DNA of 42,807 nucleotides from Candidatus Iainarchaeum sp. GTDB lineage: Archaea; B1Sed10-29; WALL01. The position numbers and the translations under genes are program-made. The stretch lies in contig JAGGYF010000031.1 of NCBI GenBank assembly GCA_021162685.1, forward strand, positions 1-42,807, read 5' to 3'. The notes under the pieces were generated by a model. That model was not told where the DNA came from, did not search any database, and saw nothing but the letters and a program-made list of their open reading frames with translations. This document shows positions 28,650-38,161 of this stretch, in pieces. How positions within the stretch are numbered: position 1 is the first letter of the stretch; every line of letters starts with the position of its first letter.

Positions 28650-29062
28650 CAAACCACCACATATTTCTTTATCTCTTCTGCGACCTCACCTAATGTTCTT
28701 CTATCTGGCCTATGATATGGGAAATGTATTTCTATTCCATCACCAGTAAATCTAGGTAAGATATGAAAATGGATATGTTTTATGTGTTGTCCTGCTGCTT
28801 TTCCGTTGCTCTGTATTATATTTATTCCCTCTGCATTCAATGCCTGCTTTACTGCCTTTGTTATAATGTATACTGTTCTTGCTAAATGCAATGCATCTTG
28901 CTCGCTCATTTCATCAATGGTTTCTATATGCCTTTTTGGTATCACAAGGACATGGCCTTTTGTAACCTGGCCTATATCCATGAATGCCAGTGTATGTTCA
29001 TCCTCATATATTTTACTCGCCTTTTCCTTTCCTGCTACAATGTCACAAAAAACACAGTCCAT
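28649..29062 (-). CDS. HIT family nucleotide hydrolase
   Basis: CVFCDI, GHVLVIPKRH and AGQ..HIHFHILPR motifs. Confidence 0.95.
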   Translation of the reverse strand: MDCVFCDIVAGKEKASKIYEDEHTLAFMDIGQVTKGHVLVIPKRHIETIDEMSEQDALHLARTVYIITKAVKQALNAEGINIIQSNGKAAGQHIKHIHFHILPRFTGDGIEIHFPYHRPDRRTLGEVAEEIKKYVVV

Positions 29063-29127
29063 AGATGCACCTTGGAAAGCTATACACTACACTATATTTA
29101 AAGTTACCTAAGTATATTATATTAACT

Positions 29128-30168
29128 ATGGGATCAAATTTAAGGGATATTATTGAGTTTCTTGGAAAGAGGTATGTTGCGGACAAGGTTATACCTCCTA
29201 CTACTATGTACTCATCGGAGAAGAGGAGGTATAGGCTTTTCCCTATAACAGAACATTCGTTCAAAAATTATAACCCTCTCTCCCTAGATGCTGCGTTTTC
29301 TGTTGTTGCTATTGATGGTGGTTCTGCAGAGGTATTTGATACTGCGTACTGGGGTATTGGATACATAAAATTAAGGGCAAGAAAGATTGTATTTGACCCT
29401 AAAAAGAAGATTGCGAAGACCATTGAAACAGAATCAAAGGACAAGTTTGTATTATTTTTAACAGAGGATGAGATAGAAACAAAAAATGATGATGTTGTCA
29501 AGAGGAAGTTTTATGAAAAGGGTAATTATCTGAAAAGAGAGGAGACGAGATTCGCCAGAGAACTAACAAAAAAAGGGTTTGTTGATAAAGATGAACTTGT
29601 TCTCATTGATGGAACACTAAGTACGCAGGGATTTTATGAGCAGGAATTAGTTAAGGTCCATGATAACATCCTAGGGATATCAAAAAGGAGCGGTATGACA
29701 ATAAATAGGTATGCTGCTTCATCTTATCTTTCAAAGCTTGCTATGAGATATAAAAAGAATAGTATGCCTTGGTACTGTTATCCGCTGGTCGCAGAGTATC
29801 CTGGAAAGGAAAAGCCAATTGCTGAGATTATGTTTGCGAGTTTTGTTAGTAATAGCATACATTGTTTTAGGATTGACTTCCCTAGTAATGTATTAAATAA
29901 GCTTGATGAGAAAGACAGAGAAGAGCATATAAGTGAACAGCTATCAAAGGTTGCGATGTTCAGCTTGGAACCAAAATATAGGAACTATCCTTATCCTCTT
30001 GGTGCTGTTCACACAGACGCTGTTATGAGACCGAGAGATAGGGAATATGCACAAGAATATGTTAAAAAGGTATTGCTTAATACGAACATGGACAAGGACG
30101 TTGCTGATCTGATAAAAAGAGATATTGAAGAAGATTTATGGTATGAGAGATTTAGGAGGAGAGCGTGA
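29128..30168 (+). CDS. nurA: NurA-family nuclease (divergent paralogue)
   Basis: VAIDGGS, LIDGTL, GISKRS and YPYPL..VH motifs; coupled to a HerA-like gene. Confidence 0.85.
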   Translation: MGSNLRDIIEFLGKRYVADKVIPPTTMYSSEKRRYRLFPITEHSFKNYNPLSLDAAFSVVAIDGGSAEVFDTAYWGIGYIKLRARKIVFDPKKKIAKTIETESKDKFVLFLTEDEIETKNDDVVKRKFYEKGNYLKREETRFARELTKKGFVDKDELVLIDGTLSTQGFYEQELVKVHDNILGISKRSGMTINRYAASSYLSKLAMRYKKNSMPWYCYPLVAEYPGKEKPIAEIMFASFVSNSIHCFRIDFPSNVLNKLDEKDREEHISEQLSKVAMFSLEPKYRNYPYPLGAVHTDAVMRPRDREYAQEYVKKVLLNTNMDKDVADLIKRDIEEDLWYERFRRRA

Positions 30169-31748
30169 TGAAAAAGGTTGGAAAAGTAGATTATTTTGAT
30201 GGGAACAAAGGAAAGCTGTTCTTCTTTGTTGAAGATGAGAATGGGGTGGAGGAGGAAGGATTTTATAAGGTAGAAAACGATGAAAAGGTGTTCTACATCT
30301 TTGTTACCAGCCTCTGTGAAATGCCTTTAGACTCTGAATTAAGAGCGAGGTATTCAAAGTATGATTATGCATTTGATACTGAAGAACGATACCTCTTGTA
30401 TGCACAGGCAACTATCCTACTTGAATATAGAAAAGGGGATAAAAAGAAGATAATAGGTTACAAAACAATCCCAAGACATAATGAACTTGTTTATGTGTTA
30501 GAAACGCATGACTTTGATATCCTTGGTCTGCCAAAACTTGATTTTGCACATGTTAGGTCGGGGTCACATCACTTTGACACAAAAGCAGGTTTCAGAAAGG
30601 AAGCATATATTACTCATTGGCTCCTATGCGGCTGGACAAACTCTGGGAAAACAAATGCCGCAAAGGTATTACTAAATGTAACAATAAAAGGAGATGGAGA
30701 ACCGTTTGCTGGAGGAGTAGTTATAGACCCACATGGAGAGTATTATCAGGAGCTTAAACATTTCAATACTGTTGGTGCGCCAAGGGTTATACACTATACT
30801 GTTGGCGCTGGAAATGATGAATTTGAGAAGGAGTTAAAGATTTCATATCAGAACATATACCCTAGTTATCTGACAGAGGTGTATGAATTCAGGGAAGATA
30901 CACAAGTAAACTTTATGAATCAGTGTGTACGCTGGAAAGGCAGGAAAGACTGGATAAGATATCTGCTTGATACACCAGTTGAGAAAATTGTTGATGACTT
31001 CAAGAATGAGGAGAAAGGAGAGTTATCTCCCTTAACTGTCATGGCTGTGAAGAATAGACTAAATGGTATATTCAAAGAAGACGAAGAGGTTTGGACAGCA
31101 GAATCAAATAATTTTATTAGTACTATTGTGGAAGGTGTCACAAGAGGAAATTGGTATATAATAGATGTTAGCTCTATTGGTGAGAGAACAACAAAGGTCA
31201 TTACAGCGATGATCGCAAAAAGTATTTTCTCAAAGTATAAATCACAGAGAGTTAGAAACTATAACGAGTGGAAAAAATACAAGCCAGCTGGTATCCTGGT
31301 GGAGGAGGCACATAATTATTTAAGTCCTGAGGAGACAGGAAAGGGCAATGTAATCGCAAAAATAGCAAAGGAAGGAAGAAAATTTCATGTATTCACCATT
31401 GTTGTTGAACAGGATCCAGGAGGAATTGATCATAGAATATTGAAACAGATACACAACAAGGTGATTTTGCAGCTTATCCCTTCTGACGCAAGAGTGATTG
31501 CAGAAACAACACCCTATGTCAATGAACTTGAGAAGAAGATACCTTATTACAGTATAGGAGAGGGTCTCTTTGTTTCAACTGGCTCGTTTAATTTTGCACT
31601 TCCTGTAAAGTTTCCGAGGATATCCGAATGGATTGATAATAATATAGATAAATGTAAGAGATGTGGCAAGCCAACAATGAGCATAACTGGCCTATGCCTA
31701 AACTGTCAGAATGTAAAGAAAAACAGAGATATCAGCGCATTTATGTAA
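30168..31748 (+). CDS. herA: HerA/FtsK-family (DUF87) ATPase with C-terminal zinc ribbon
   Basis: N-terminal HAS-barrel-like region, Walker A GWTNSGKT, IDPHGEY, Walker B VEEAHNY, IAKEGRKF and EQDP; tail CKRCG...LCLNC. Confidence 0.88.
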   Translation: MKKVGKVDYFDGNKGKLFFFVEDENGVEEEGFYKVENDEKVFYIFVTSLCEMPLDSELRARYSKYDYAFDTEERYLLYAQATILLEYRKGDKKKIIGYKTIPRHNELVYVLETHDFDILGLPKLDFAHVRSGSHHFDTKAGFRKEAYITHWLLCGWTNSGKTNAAKVLLNVTIKGDGEPFAGGVVIDPHGEYYQELKHFNTVGAPRVIHYTVGAGNDEFEKELKISYQNIYPSYLTEVYEFREDTQVNFMNQCVRWKGRKDWIRYLLDTPVEKIVDDFKNEEKGELSPLTVMAVKNRLNGIFKEDEEVWTAESNNFISTIVEGVTRGNWYIIDVSSIGERTTKVITAMIAKSIFSKYKSQRVRNYNEWKKYKPAGILVEEAHNYLSPEETGKGNVIAKIAKEGRKFHVFTIVVEQDPGGIDHRILKQIHNKVILQLIPSDARVIAETTPYVNELEKKIPYYSIGEGLFVSTGSFNFALPVKFPRISEWIDNNIDKCKRCGKPTMSITGLCLNCQNVKKNRDISAFM

Positions 31749-32949
31749 CAAAGTCGCCAAAAAGTTTCATTGCACAAAGTTCTCCACACATTGTGCATTT
31801 CCTCCTATTTACTGGTGGCCTCCTCTTTATATACTGCTTCGGTTTGGATTTCTCTATTGCATATCTCAGTTGTTTGTTCCAGTCTAATGCTCTTCTAACA
31901 ATGGCCATATTATTATCTCTATCAACATCAATACCTTTTGCTATATCTGCTACATGCGCAGCTATCTTTGCAGTGATTGTTGCTTGTTTTATGTCATCTT
32001 CATCTGGAAGGCATAGATGCTCAGAAGGCGTTACATCACATAGAAAATCTGCACCATAAGTTGCTGCTAATGCTCCTCCAATTGCTGCTACTATATGGTC
32101 ATATCCCGGAGCTATGTCAGTCACCAATGGACCTAAAACATAAAAAGGTGCATTATGGCAATATCTCTTCTCCAATCTAACATTCTCTGCCACTTGATTT
32201 ATTGGTATGTGACCCGGGCCTTCAACTATTACCTGTACTCCTCTCTTCCTAGCCCTTAATACTAGCTTCCCTAATGTTTTTAGCTCTGTTATTTGCGCTT
32301 TGTCAGTTGCGTCTGCAATACAACCTGGCCTAAGACCATCTCCCAAGCTTATGACAACATTGCTCTCTTTTAATATATCTAGTATATAATCAAAGTTTTT
32401 ATATAGTGGGTTTTCTTCTCCATGCTGTTGCATCCATGCAGCTAATATGGATCCACCTCTGCTAACAATGCCTGCCATCCTTTTTCTTGCCTTTTTCACA
32501 GCTTCCTTTGTCACACCTGAGTGAATTGTGACAAAATCCACACCATCTCTCACGTGTTTCTCTATCGCATTAATCATATCATCCTTTGTCATGTCAAAGA
32601 TTGTTTTGCCTATTATTGCTTGATATATTGGGACTGTTCCGACAGGCACACACGTACCTTTTATGATCTTCTTTCTCGTCTTATCTGGGAAGCGGGTGCT
32701 GAGGTCCATAACAGTGTCTGCTCCATATTCTATTGCAATCCTTGCCTTTTTCAATTCCGTTCTAATATCTGCGATGTCTGAAGACGTGCCAATATTCACA
32801 TTGATTTTTGTCCTCATGCCTTCACCTATGGCAACTGGAGTGATGTTTTCTCTCCTATTGTTCTTAAGCACCACAACGGCTCCCTTCAGGATTTTCCTTC
32901 TTAGTTGGTTCTCTGATATGTTTTCTTTGGTTGCTACCTTTCGGATCAT
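31741..32949 (-). CDS. thiC: Phosphomethylpyrimidine synthase ThiC (BzaA/B/F-type not excluded)
   Basis: KINVNIGTS, ADTVMDLST, GTVPIYQ, VSRGG, SLGDGLRPG, EGPGH, DIAPGYDH, EHL and CTMCGELC motifs. Confidence 0.92.
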   Translation of the reverse strand: MIRKVATKENISENQLRRKILKGAVVVLKNNRRENITPVAIGEGMRTKINVNIGTSSDIADIRTELKKARIAIEYGADTVMDLSTRFPDKTRKKIIKGTCVPVGTVPIYQAIIGKTIFDMTKDDMINAIEKHVRDGVDFVTIHSGVTKEAVKKARKRMAGIVSRGGSILAAWMQQHGEENPLYKNFDYILDILKESNVVISLGDGLRPGCIADATDKAQITELKTLGKLVLRARKRGVQVIVEGPGHIPINQVAENVRLEKRYCHNAPFYVLGPLVTDIAPGYDHIVAAIGGALAATYGADFLCDVTPSEHLCLPDEDDIKQATITAKIAAHVADIAKGIDVDRDNNMAIVRRALDWNKQLRYAIEKSKPKQYIKRRPPVNRRKCTMCGELCAMKLFGDFVT

Positions 32950-33021
32950 ATTCTCACCAATAATAACATTTATTAATGGGCTCCTATAAAAATAATACGC
33001 TACTTCTGGAGGGTAGATAAT

Positions 33022-33192
33022 ATGGAGAAATTAACAAGATTTGAGAGGGCAAGGATTATAGGAGCAAGGGCTCTGCAGTTAGCTATGGGTGCGCCTCCAC
33101 TCATACCTACAAATAGGTTTTCCGCTCCACTTGAAGTTGCAAAAGAGGAGTTCAAAAAGGGAGTGGTACCCATAACTGTTATCAGGGAGTGA
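33022..33192 (+). CDS. rpo6: RNA polymerase subunit Rpo6 (RpoK), 56 aa (not in ORF track)
   Basis: [28 protein letters not shown]...[17 protein letters not shown]; GGAGG RBS. Confidence 0.96.
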   Translation: MEKLTRFERARIIGARALQLAMGAPPLIPTNRFSAPLEVAKEEFKKGVVPITVIRE

Positions 33193-33197
33193 AGAGC

Positions 33198-33407
33198 ATG
33201 GGAAAGCAGATGAGCAAGGTTCTGAAAGCAAAGGCAATAAAGTTGTTCAGTATGTTCCCGGACAAATTTACTACTGACTTTGAAAAGAATAAACAGATTC
33301 TGGATGAATATAAAATTTTTAGTTATTCAAAAGTGGATAGGAATATTGTTGCTGGGTATATCACCAGAATAAAGACAATGACAGAAAAACAGAGTAAAGT
33401 TGAGTAG
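33198..33407 (+). CDS. rps17e: 30S ribosomal protein S17e
   Basis: FTTDFEKNK and SK..RN.VAGYITR motifs. Confidence 0.92.
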   Translation: MGKQMSKVLKAKAIKLFSMFPDKFTTDFEKNKQILDEYKIFSYSKVDRNIVAGYITRIKTMTEKQSKVE

Positions 33408-34124
33408 ATGCTCTCTGTTATTATTGCAGCATATAATGAAGAGCAAAATATAGGCAGATGCCTTACATCTATCAGGGCACAAGATTTTGATGATTATGAA
33501 CTAATTGTTGTTGTTGCTGGTAAAGACAGAACATATGATATAGCTAAGGAATTTGCGGATAAAGTGATAAGGGACAAAAAGGAGAAAGGAGCAGGACCTG
33601 CTAGAAACATAGGGGCAAAAAAATCCAGAGGAGATGTGTTGATATTTACAGATGGAGATGTTGTTGTTGCTAAGGATTGGTTAAAAAAATATAATGAAGT
33701 GTTTTGTGATAAAGATGTTATCGCTGCTGGTGGAGCAGTAAGGACATTAGATGGTGGGCTACTTGAAGAAATAATATATAAAACAAACTCAGATTGGTTG
33801 TATAGGATTACTCCTCTTTTTGGTTTCTATCAGTTGAGTGGGAATAATTGTGCATATAGAAAAGAAATGTTTATGAAGGTTGGAGGGTTTGATGAGACAC
33901 TTAGTATGCTGGAGGATACAGAACTGCCCAATCGTATAAAGAGATACGGAAAAATTGTATTTAGGCCAGACATTATTGTGTATGCATCTGCACGCAGGAT
34001 CATGGAGCAGGGATACTGGCATCTGTTTTTTAAGTATATGAAAGCATACTATACATTATATATAAAGAAGGCTCCTGTGAAACAGCCCTATTTTATGTCT
34101 GCTCTAAAACATAATAAATATTAA
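33408..34124 (+). CDS. Glycosyltransferase family 2
   Basis: SVIIAAYNEE, ARNIGA, FTDGD, GGFDE and ED motifs. Confidence 0.92.
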   Translation: MLSVIIAAYNEEQNIGRCLTSIRAQDFDDYELIVVVAGKDRTYDIAKEFADKVIRDKKEKGAGPARNIGAKKSRGDVLIFTDGDVVVAKDWLKKYNEVFCDKDVIAAGGAVRTLDGGLLEEIIYKTNSDWLYRITPLFGFYQLSGNNCAYRKEMFMKVGGFDETLSMLEDTELPNRIKRYGKIVFRPDIIVYASARRIMEQGYWHLFFKYMKAYYTLYIKKAPVKQPYFMSALKHNKY

Positions 34125-34130
34125 GGTGTA

Positions 34131-35339
34131 TTGAATAGTTTCATTATGGAATTTTTGTTGGTGCTCGCTGTTATTGTTCTTGTATCAAAATTTTTTGGTG
34201 AAATTGCAGAGCGTTTGCAATACCCGAGTGTTTTGGGGTATATCATTGCTGGTCTTCTTTTCTCTCCTGTCCCTGCATTGGTTTTGGGAAAGCCGCTCAT
34301 ACCTCCCTCAAATGAGCTTGCGGTTTTTGGTGAACTTGGTGCAATACTCATTCTATTCTCTGCAGGAATCAGAGAGATAAACATAAACTTTCTTTTGAAG
34401 AACAAGGTGGCCTCATTTGCATCTTCAGTGTTTGGCTATATTTTCTCGTTTGCTATTGTGCTTTTTGTGGGTATGGGTTTGAAGAATATAAATAGTATTT
34501 TTGTTCTGACACCAGTTCAGCTACTCATCGCTGCAACTGCCTTTTCCATAACATCCATAACAACAAGTGTTAGGGCGCTGATAGACATTAAGAAGCTAAA
34601 TACAGATATGGGGAGAACTATCCTCGCATCATCTGTTATTGATGATATTCTTGGCCTTGTGTTGTTTGTTCTTATCTACAGTACATTAGCAGAATACCAC
34701 CTTTCCATAAGTAGTATATTGAAAATTGGTCTCTTTGCTGCAATCACCTTCCTTGTTTTTGTTATTGGGAGTAAAACCCTACCAAATGTTGTTGGGAAAC
34801 TCAAGAGTCTTGAGGTGGAAGAGGCACAGTTTTCTATTGCTTTCATACTGATGCTCGCCTTTGCGTACATGACGCAGCTCTTTGGGTTTCATGGTGTTAT
34901 TGGTGCTTTTCTGGCTGGCATGGTGATATCAAGAACTACACTGAAAGATAGTGGGTTTTCTGAGAAGCTAGCTTCTCTCACATATGGTATATTTGCTCCT
35001 CTGTTCTTTGCTTGGGTTGGGATGATGGTTAATCCCGTTTGCCTCACTTTTGTAATATTCCTTATAATTGCTGGTGTGCTTGCAGCAAACTTTATAGGTT
35101 CGTTCATTGGAGCGATTATTGGTAAGATGGACTCATTAAATGCTGTTGGTGTTGGTATTGGTGTTCTCCCAAGAGGAGGGTTTGATCTTATCATATTGGC
35201 AATAGCAAAAAGTTCAGGTATATTGAATGGTGTTGCATCAGATATTTTGTTTAATGCTGGTGTCATGCTTGCACTTGTTAGTATAATTATAACTCCTATT
35301 TTGTTCAGGATTGTTGTAGAAGGAAAAGAGCTGGAATAG
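34131..35339 (+). CDS. Cation:proton antiporter (CPA2, KefB/NapA-like)
   Basis: About 12 TM segments; PSVLGYIIAG, LF.AG, VIDDILG, GAFLAG, PLFF and PRGG motifs. The start may be ATG 34146. Confidence 0.92.
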   Translation: MNSFIMEFLLVLAVIVLVSKFFGEIAERLQYPSVLGYIIAGLLFSPVPALVLGKPLIPPSNELAVFGELGAILILFSAGIREININFLLKNKVASFASSVFGYIFSFAIVLFVGMGLKNINSIFVLTPVQLLIAATAFSITSITTSVRALIDIKKLNTDMGRTILASSVIDDILGLVLFVLIYSTLAEYHLSISSILKIGLFAAITFLVFVIGSKTLPNVVGKLKSLEVEEAQFSIAFILMLAFAYMTQLFGFHGVIGAFLAGMVISRTTLKDSGFSEKLASLTYGIFAPLFFAWVGMMVNPVCLTFVIFLIIAGVLAANFIGSFIGAIIGKMDSLNAVGVGIGVLPRGGFDLIILAIAKSSGILNGVASDILFNAGVMLALVSIIITPILFRIVVEGKELE

Positions 35340-35397
35340 GGTAAAATTCCACATGTTTTAAATAACTTGTTATTAATAAAATAGTGCACGTTGTTAT

Positions 35398-35472
35398 AGC
35401 GGGGTGGAGCAGCTAGGAGTGCTCGTCGGGCTCATAACCCGAAGGTCGTTGGTTCAAATCCAACCCCCGCTA
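35398..35472 (+). tRNA. Initiator tRNA-Met(CAT)
   Basis: AGCGGGG...CCCCGCT-A with A1:U72; anticodon stem TCGGG-CT-CAT-AA-CCCGA with three G:C pairs; TTCAAATC T-loop. Confidence 0.97.
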
Positions 35473-35485
35473 CTATCCTCATTTT

Positions 35486-35791
35486 TTACTTCGTTCGCTT
35501 GAAGTGATAAAGAACTCTATCCAAATCTTGCACTTTATCTCCCTTTATAACTATACCCTCTTCTCTCAAGCGCCTTTTCTTTTCCCTTGCCCCTTTTGAA
35601 TATCCTCCTAGTCTGCCGTCTGACATGATCACTTTATAGCAGGGGTATTTATCTGGATATTTATTTGTTCTCAATAATGTTGCTACTGCTCTTGGTGATG
35701 TCTGCAATACTTCTGCAAGTTCTTTGTATGTTGTTATCTTTCCTTTTGGTATCTTAAGAAGGTAACAATTCAATCGTTCCCTTAGTGACAT
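35486..35791 (-). CDS. MGMT family O6-alkylguanine DNA alkyltransferase (short form)
   Basis: IPKGKITTYKELA, SPRAV, PCYKV (Cys retained), GGYS and LREEG motifs. Confidence 0.9.
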   Translation of the reverse strand: MSLRERLNCYLLKIPKGKITTYKELAEVLQTSPRAVATLLRTNKYPDKYPCYKVIMSDGRLGGYSKGAREKKRRLREEGIVIKGDKVQDLDRVLYHFKRTK

Positions 35792-35812
35792 GGGCCCCCC
35801 TCACTTCCTGTA

Positions 35813-36031
35813 TTATTTTGGTTTTATGATTGTTAGTGCCCCATCCCCTAATTTAATAATGGTTACACTATCTTTTAATACTGGAGGTATAAACCTTCCC
35901 TTTCTATCATAATAACCATATATGTAATTACATATGGTTGCTGGGCTTAGTCCTGCTCTTCTGGCTATTTCTCTTATCCACAACCCATTTGGGTGTTGTT
36001 TTATTATATTTAACACACGCTCATGTGACAT
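35813..36031 (-). CDS. Small helix-turn-helix protein
   Basis: GLWIREIARRAGLSPATI HTH pattern. Confidence 0.78.
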   Translation of the reverse strand: MSHERVLNIIKQHPNGLWIREIARRAGLSPATICNYIYGYYDRKGRFIPPVLKDSVTIIKLGDGALTIIKPK

Positions 36032-36195
36032 ATTCTATACCTCTTAGTCTGTTGTGTTATTATGAATTGTTCTTTGATATTGAAATAATATATGTCAAAT
36101 CAAATATTAATATTGAACACTGTTCAGTCATCATTTAATATTTATAATATCATCGTTTTTATAACTTCATGTTTAATTTCATGCATTCCTTTTCA

Positions 36196-36819
36196 TCATT
36201 TCACAGAAAATCGTGACAAAAATCCTTTTGCTTCATCAACATCTGGTTTGAATGGAAAATGTATACCCTTGAATAATTCACCATACTCTAATACCTTTTC
36301 TAGTAATTCAATTTCATCGTAATCAAGAGGAAGGATATACAAGTGAACCCTTAGGTCATCCCTTACTCCCTTATCAGATGCACACATAAGAAGGTTTAAC
36401 ATCTCCCATGTGAAATTTTTTGGTTTTTTGAAACGTGATAAAAAGGCATTTATTTCCAAATTAACGTCTGGTGGCGCATCTGGGAGTGAATAAATATTAG
36501 GTAATGTAGTGTTCTCACCTAAATATAAGAAATGGGTTTGGTACAATTCACTTACCTTTCTCGGGGTTGGCAACCTTCTCTTTTTTGCATCAATCTTTGA
36601 TAATATAATTGCCTTTTCCCATACTTCACCTTGATCAGGGGAGTATTTGAGTAGTATATTCTTATCCACTAAAGGAGAAAAAACCTCTCTTTTCAGCTTG
36701 TAAATTACTTTTCTCGGCTTCTTTGATATAAAATACCCTCTTTTCTGGAGCAGCCTAACAATGTTTACCGGAAGTATGGGGGCACCCTGGCCGCAGATAT
36801 TAATAATATCTACAATCAT
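36196..36819 (-). CDS. Hypothetical protein
   Basis: 207-aa open frame with no recognised motif. Confidence 0.6.
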   Translation of the reverse strand: MIVDIINICGQGAPILPVNIVRLLQKRGYFISKKPRKVIYKLKREVFSPLVDKNILLKYSPDQGEVWEKAIILSKIDAKKRRLPTPRKVSELYQTHFLYLGENTTLPNIYSLPDAPPDVNLEINAFLSRFKKPKNFTWEMLNLLMCASDKGVRDDLRVHLYILPLDYDEIELLEKVLEYGELFKGIHFPFKPDVDEAKGFLSRFSVK

Positions 36820-36993
36820 AGGTTATTTTATGTTCTTATACAAATATATAAGTTTGTGTCCCAAGAACATAGGACTTAATCATTGTTCGCGCAACATATA
36901 AAAATACTATAATTATTGCAAAATATACCTATATACCACCAATCTTAAATATGAAAAGTTATACAATAAACACAAAAACAAGGGTTGTTTGCT

Positions 36994-37749
36994 ATGAAAA
37001 AGGTAGCAGTTGTATTCAAAAAGGAGTTCCCACGCTCAATGAAAGAGAAGATACAGAAGGAGATAAAAAGAGCAGGATTTAGTATATCAAAAGATTTTGA
37101 TTTTGTTATTGTTTTTGGCGGGGATGGCACAATATTTGAGACAGAGATGTCAAAAGCCAGAGGAAAGCCAATATTAGCGCTAAATGCAGGAGATCTGGGC
37201 TTTTTAACACAAGGAGAAGCAACAGATATAAGGAAAGTACTCTCAGCTGTGAAGAAAAACGATTTCTTCATAGAGGAGAGGGCCAAGCTCTACCTCTCTG
37301 TAAACCACAAAAAACAGGCAGAAGCCCTAAATGATATATATATAACAAGCGCGATACCTGGGAAAGCGATAAGGGTTGAGGTAGGAGTAGACACAAAGAA
37401 CATCTGCTCCTTGATATGTGATGGAGTTCTTGTCTCAACACCAACTGGGTCAACAGGATATAATATATCAGCAGGGGGCAGCATTATAGAGCCGCGATGT
37501 AAGGTTATAAGTATAACCCCAGTAAACCCCCATATCTCCTCTATAAAACCCATAGTAATAGATGATGAGCATGAGATACAGATAAGGGCAAAACAGAACA
37601 CTAAAATAGTAGGAGTAATAGATGGTATAAAAGAGGTGCAGATAAAACCAAATGCACTAATAACCATAAAGAAGTCTAAGAATACAGCAAAATTCATAAA
37701 AATAGGGAAAACGACATATTTTGATAAGATCAACAAATACTTTACCTAG
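36994..37749 (+). CDS. nadK: NAD(+) kinase
   Basis: GGDGT, GDLGFL, ALND, DGVLVSTPTGSTGYNISAGG and IDG motifs. Confidence 0.95.
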   Translation: MKKVAVVFKKEFPRSMKEKIQKEIKRAGFSISKDFDFVIVFGGDGTIFETEMSKARGKPILALNAGDLGFLTQGEATDIRKVLSAVKKNDFFIEERAKLYLSVNHKKQAEALNDIYITSAIPGKAIRVEVGVDTKNICSLICDGVLVSTPTGSTGYNISAGGSIIEPRCKVISITPVNPHISSIKPIVIDDEHEIQIRAKQNTKIVGVIDGIKEVQIKPNALITIKKSKNTAKFIKIGKTTYFDKINKYFT

Positions 37750-38089
37750 TCCTACCAAGAAGGCTTCGTGATGTTCTTCTCATCGTTCCCATAGCCGGCT
37801 TTCTGTATCCTCTTCTTTCTGCTTCTATCTCTCCTTCTTCTGGCATCACATTCTTTCCTTTTCCTACAATAATGATATCCCCAACAGCAACAACATTCCT
37901 ATACAAAACACTCTTTTCTCTGAGGACTTCTTTTGCCTTCTCCTTTGAGATTGATCTCAGAGGTTCTGTTGTCAGACGCACGATCTTTCCTGTTTCAAGG
38001 TTTAGTATTATGTCATTTACTTTTCCAATATACCTTGCATCATCATTGTATATGTCCATGCCATAGAGCTCTGATATATACATTGCCAT
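37742..38089 (-). CDS. PRC-barrel domain protein (family of archaeal CdpB cell-division proteins)
   Basis: ISELYGMDIY..DARYIGKVNDIILN...V.AVGDIIIV pattern; basic C-terminal tail. Confidence 0.88.
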   Translation of the reverse strand: MAMYISELYGMDIYNDDARYIGKVNDIILNLETGKIVRLTTEPLRSISKEKAKEVLREKSVLYRNVVAVGDIIIVGKGKNVMPEEGEIEAERRGYRKPAMGTMRRTSRSLLGRTR

Positions 38090-38161
38090 TTTTCCACCCC
38101 AAACTATTAATATCAGTAACTAATTAATTCGTTGGGGTATTTAAACCTTATAGATGGTTTT

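Noticed and set aside
32950-33021. TPP riboswitch upstream of thiC
   Set aside because: The 72-bp spacer is a divergent promoter region with no CUGAGA/AUACC aptamer motifs.
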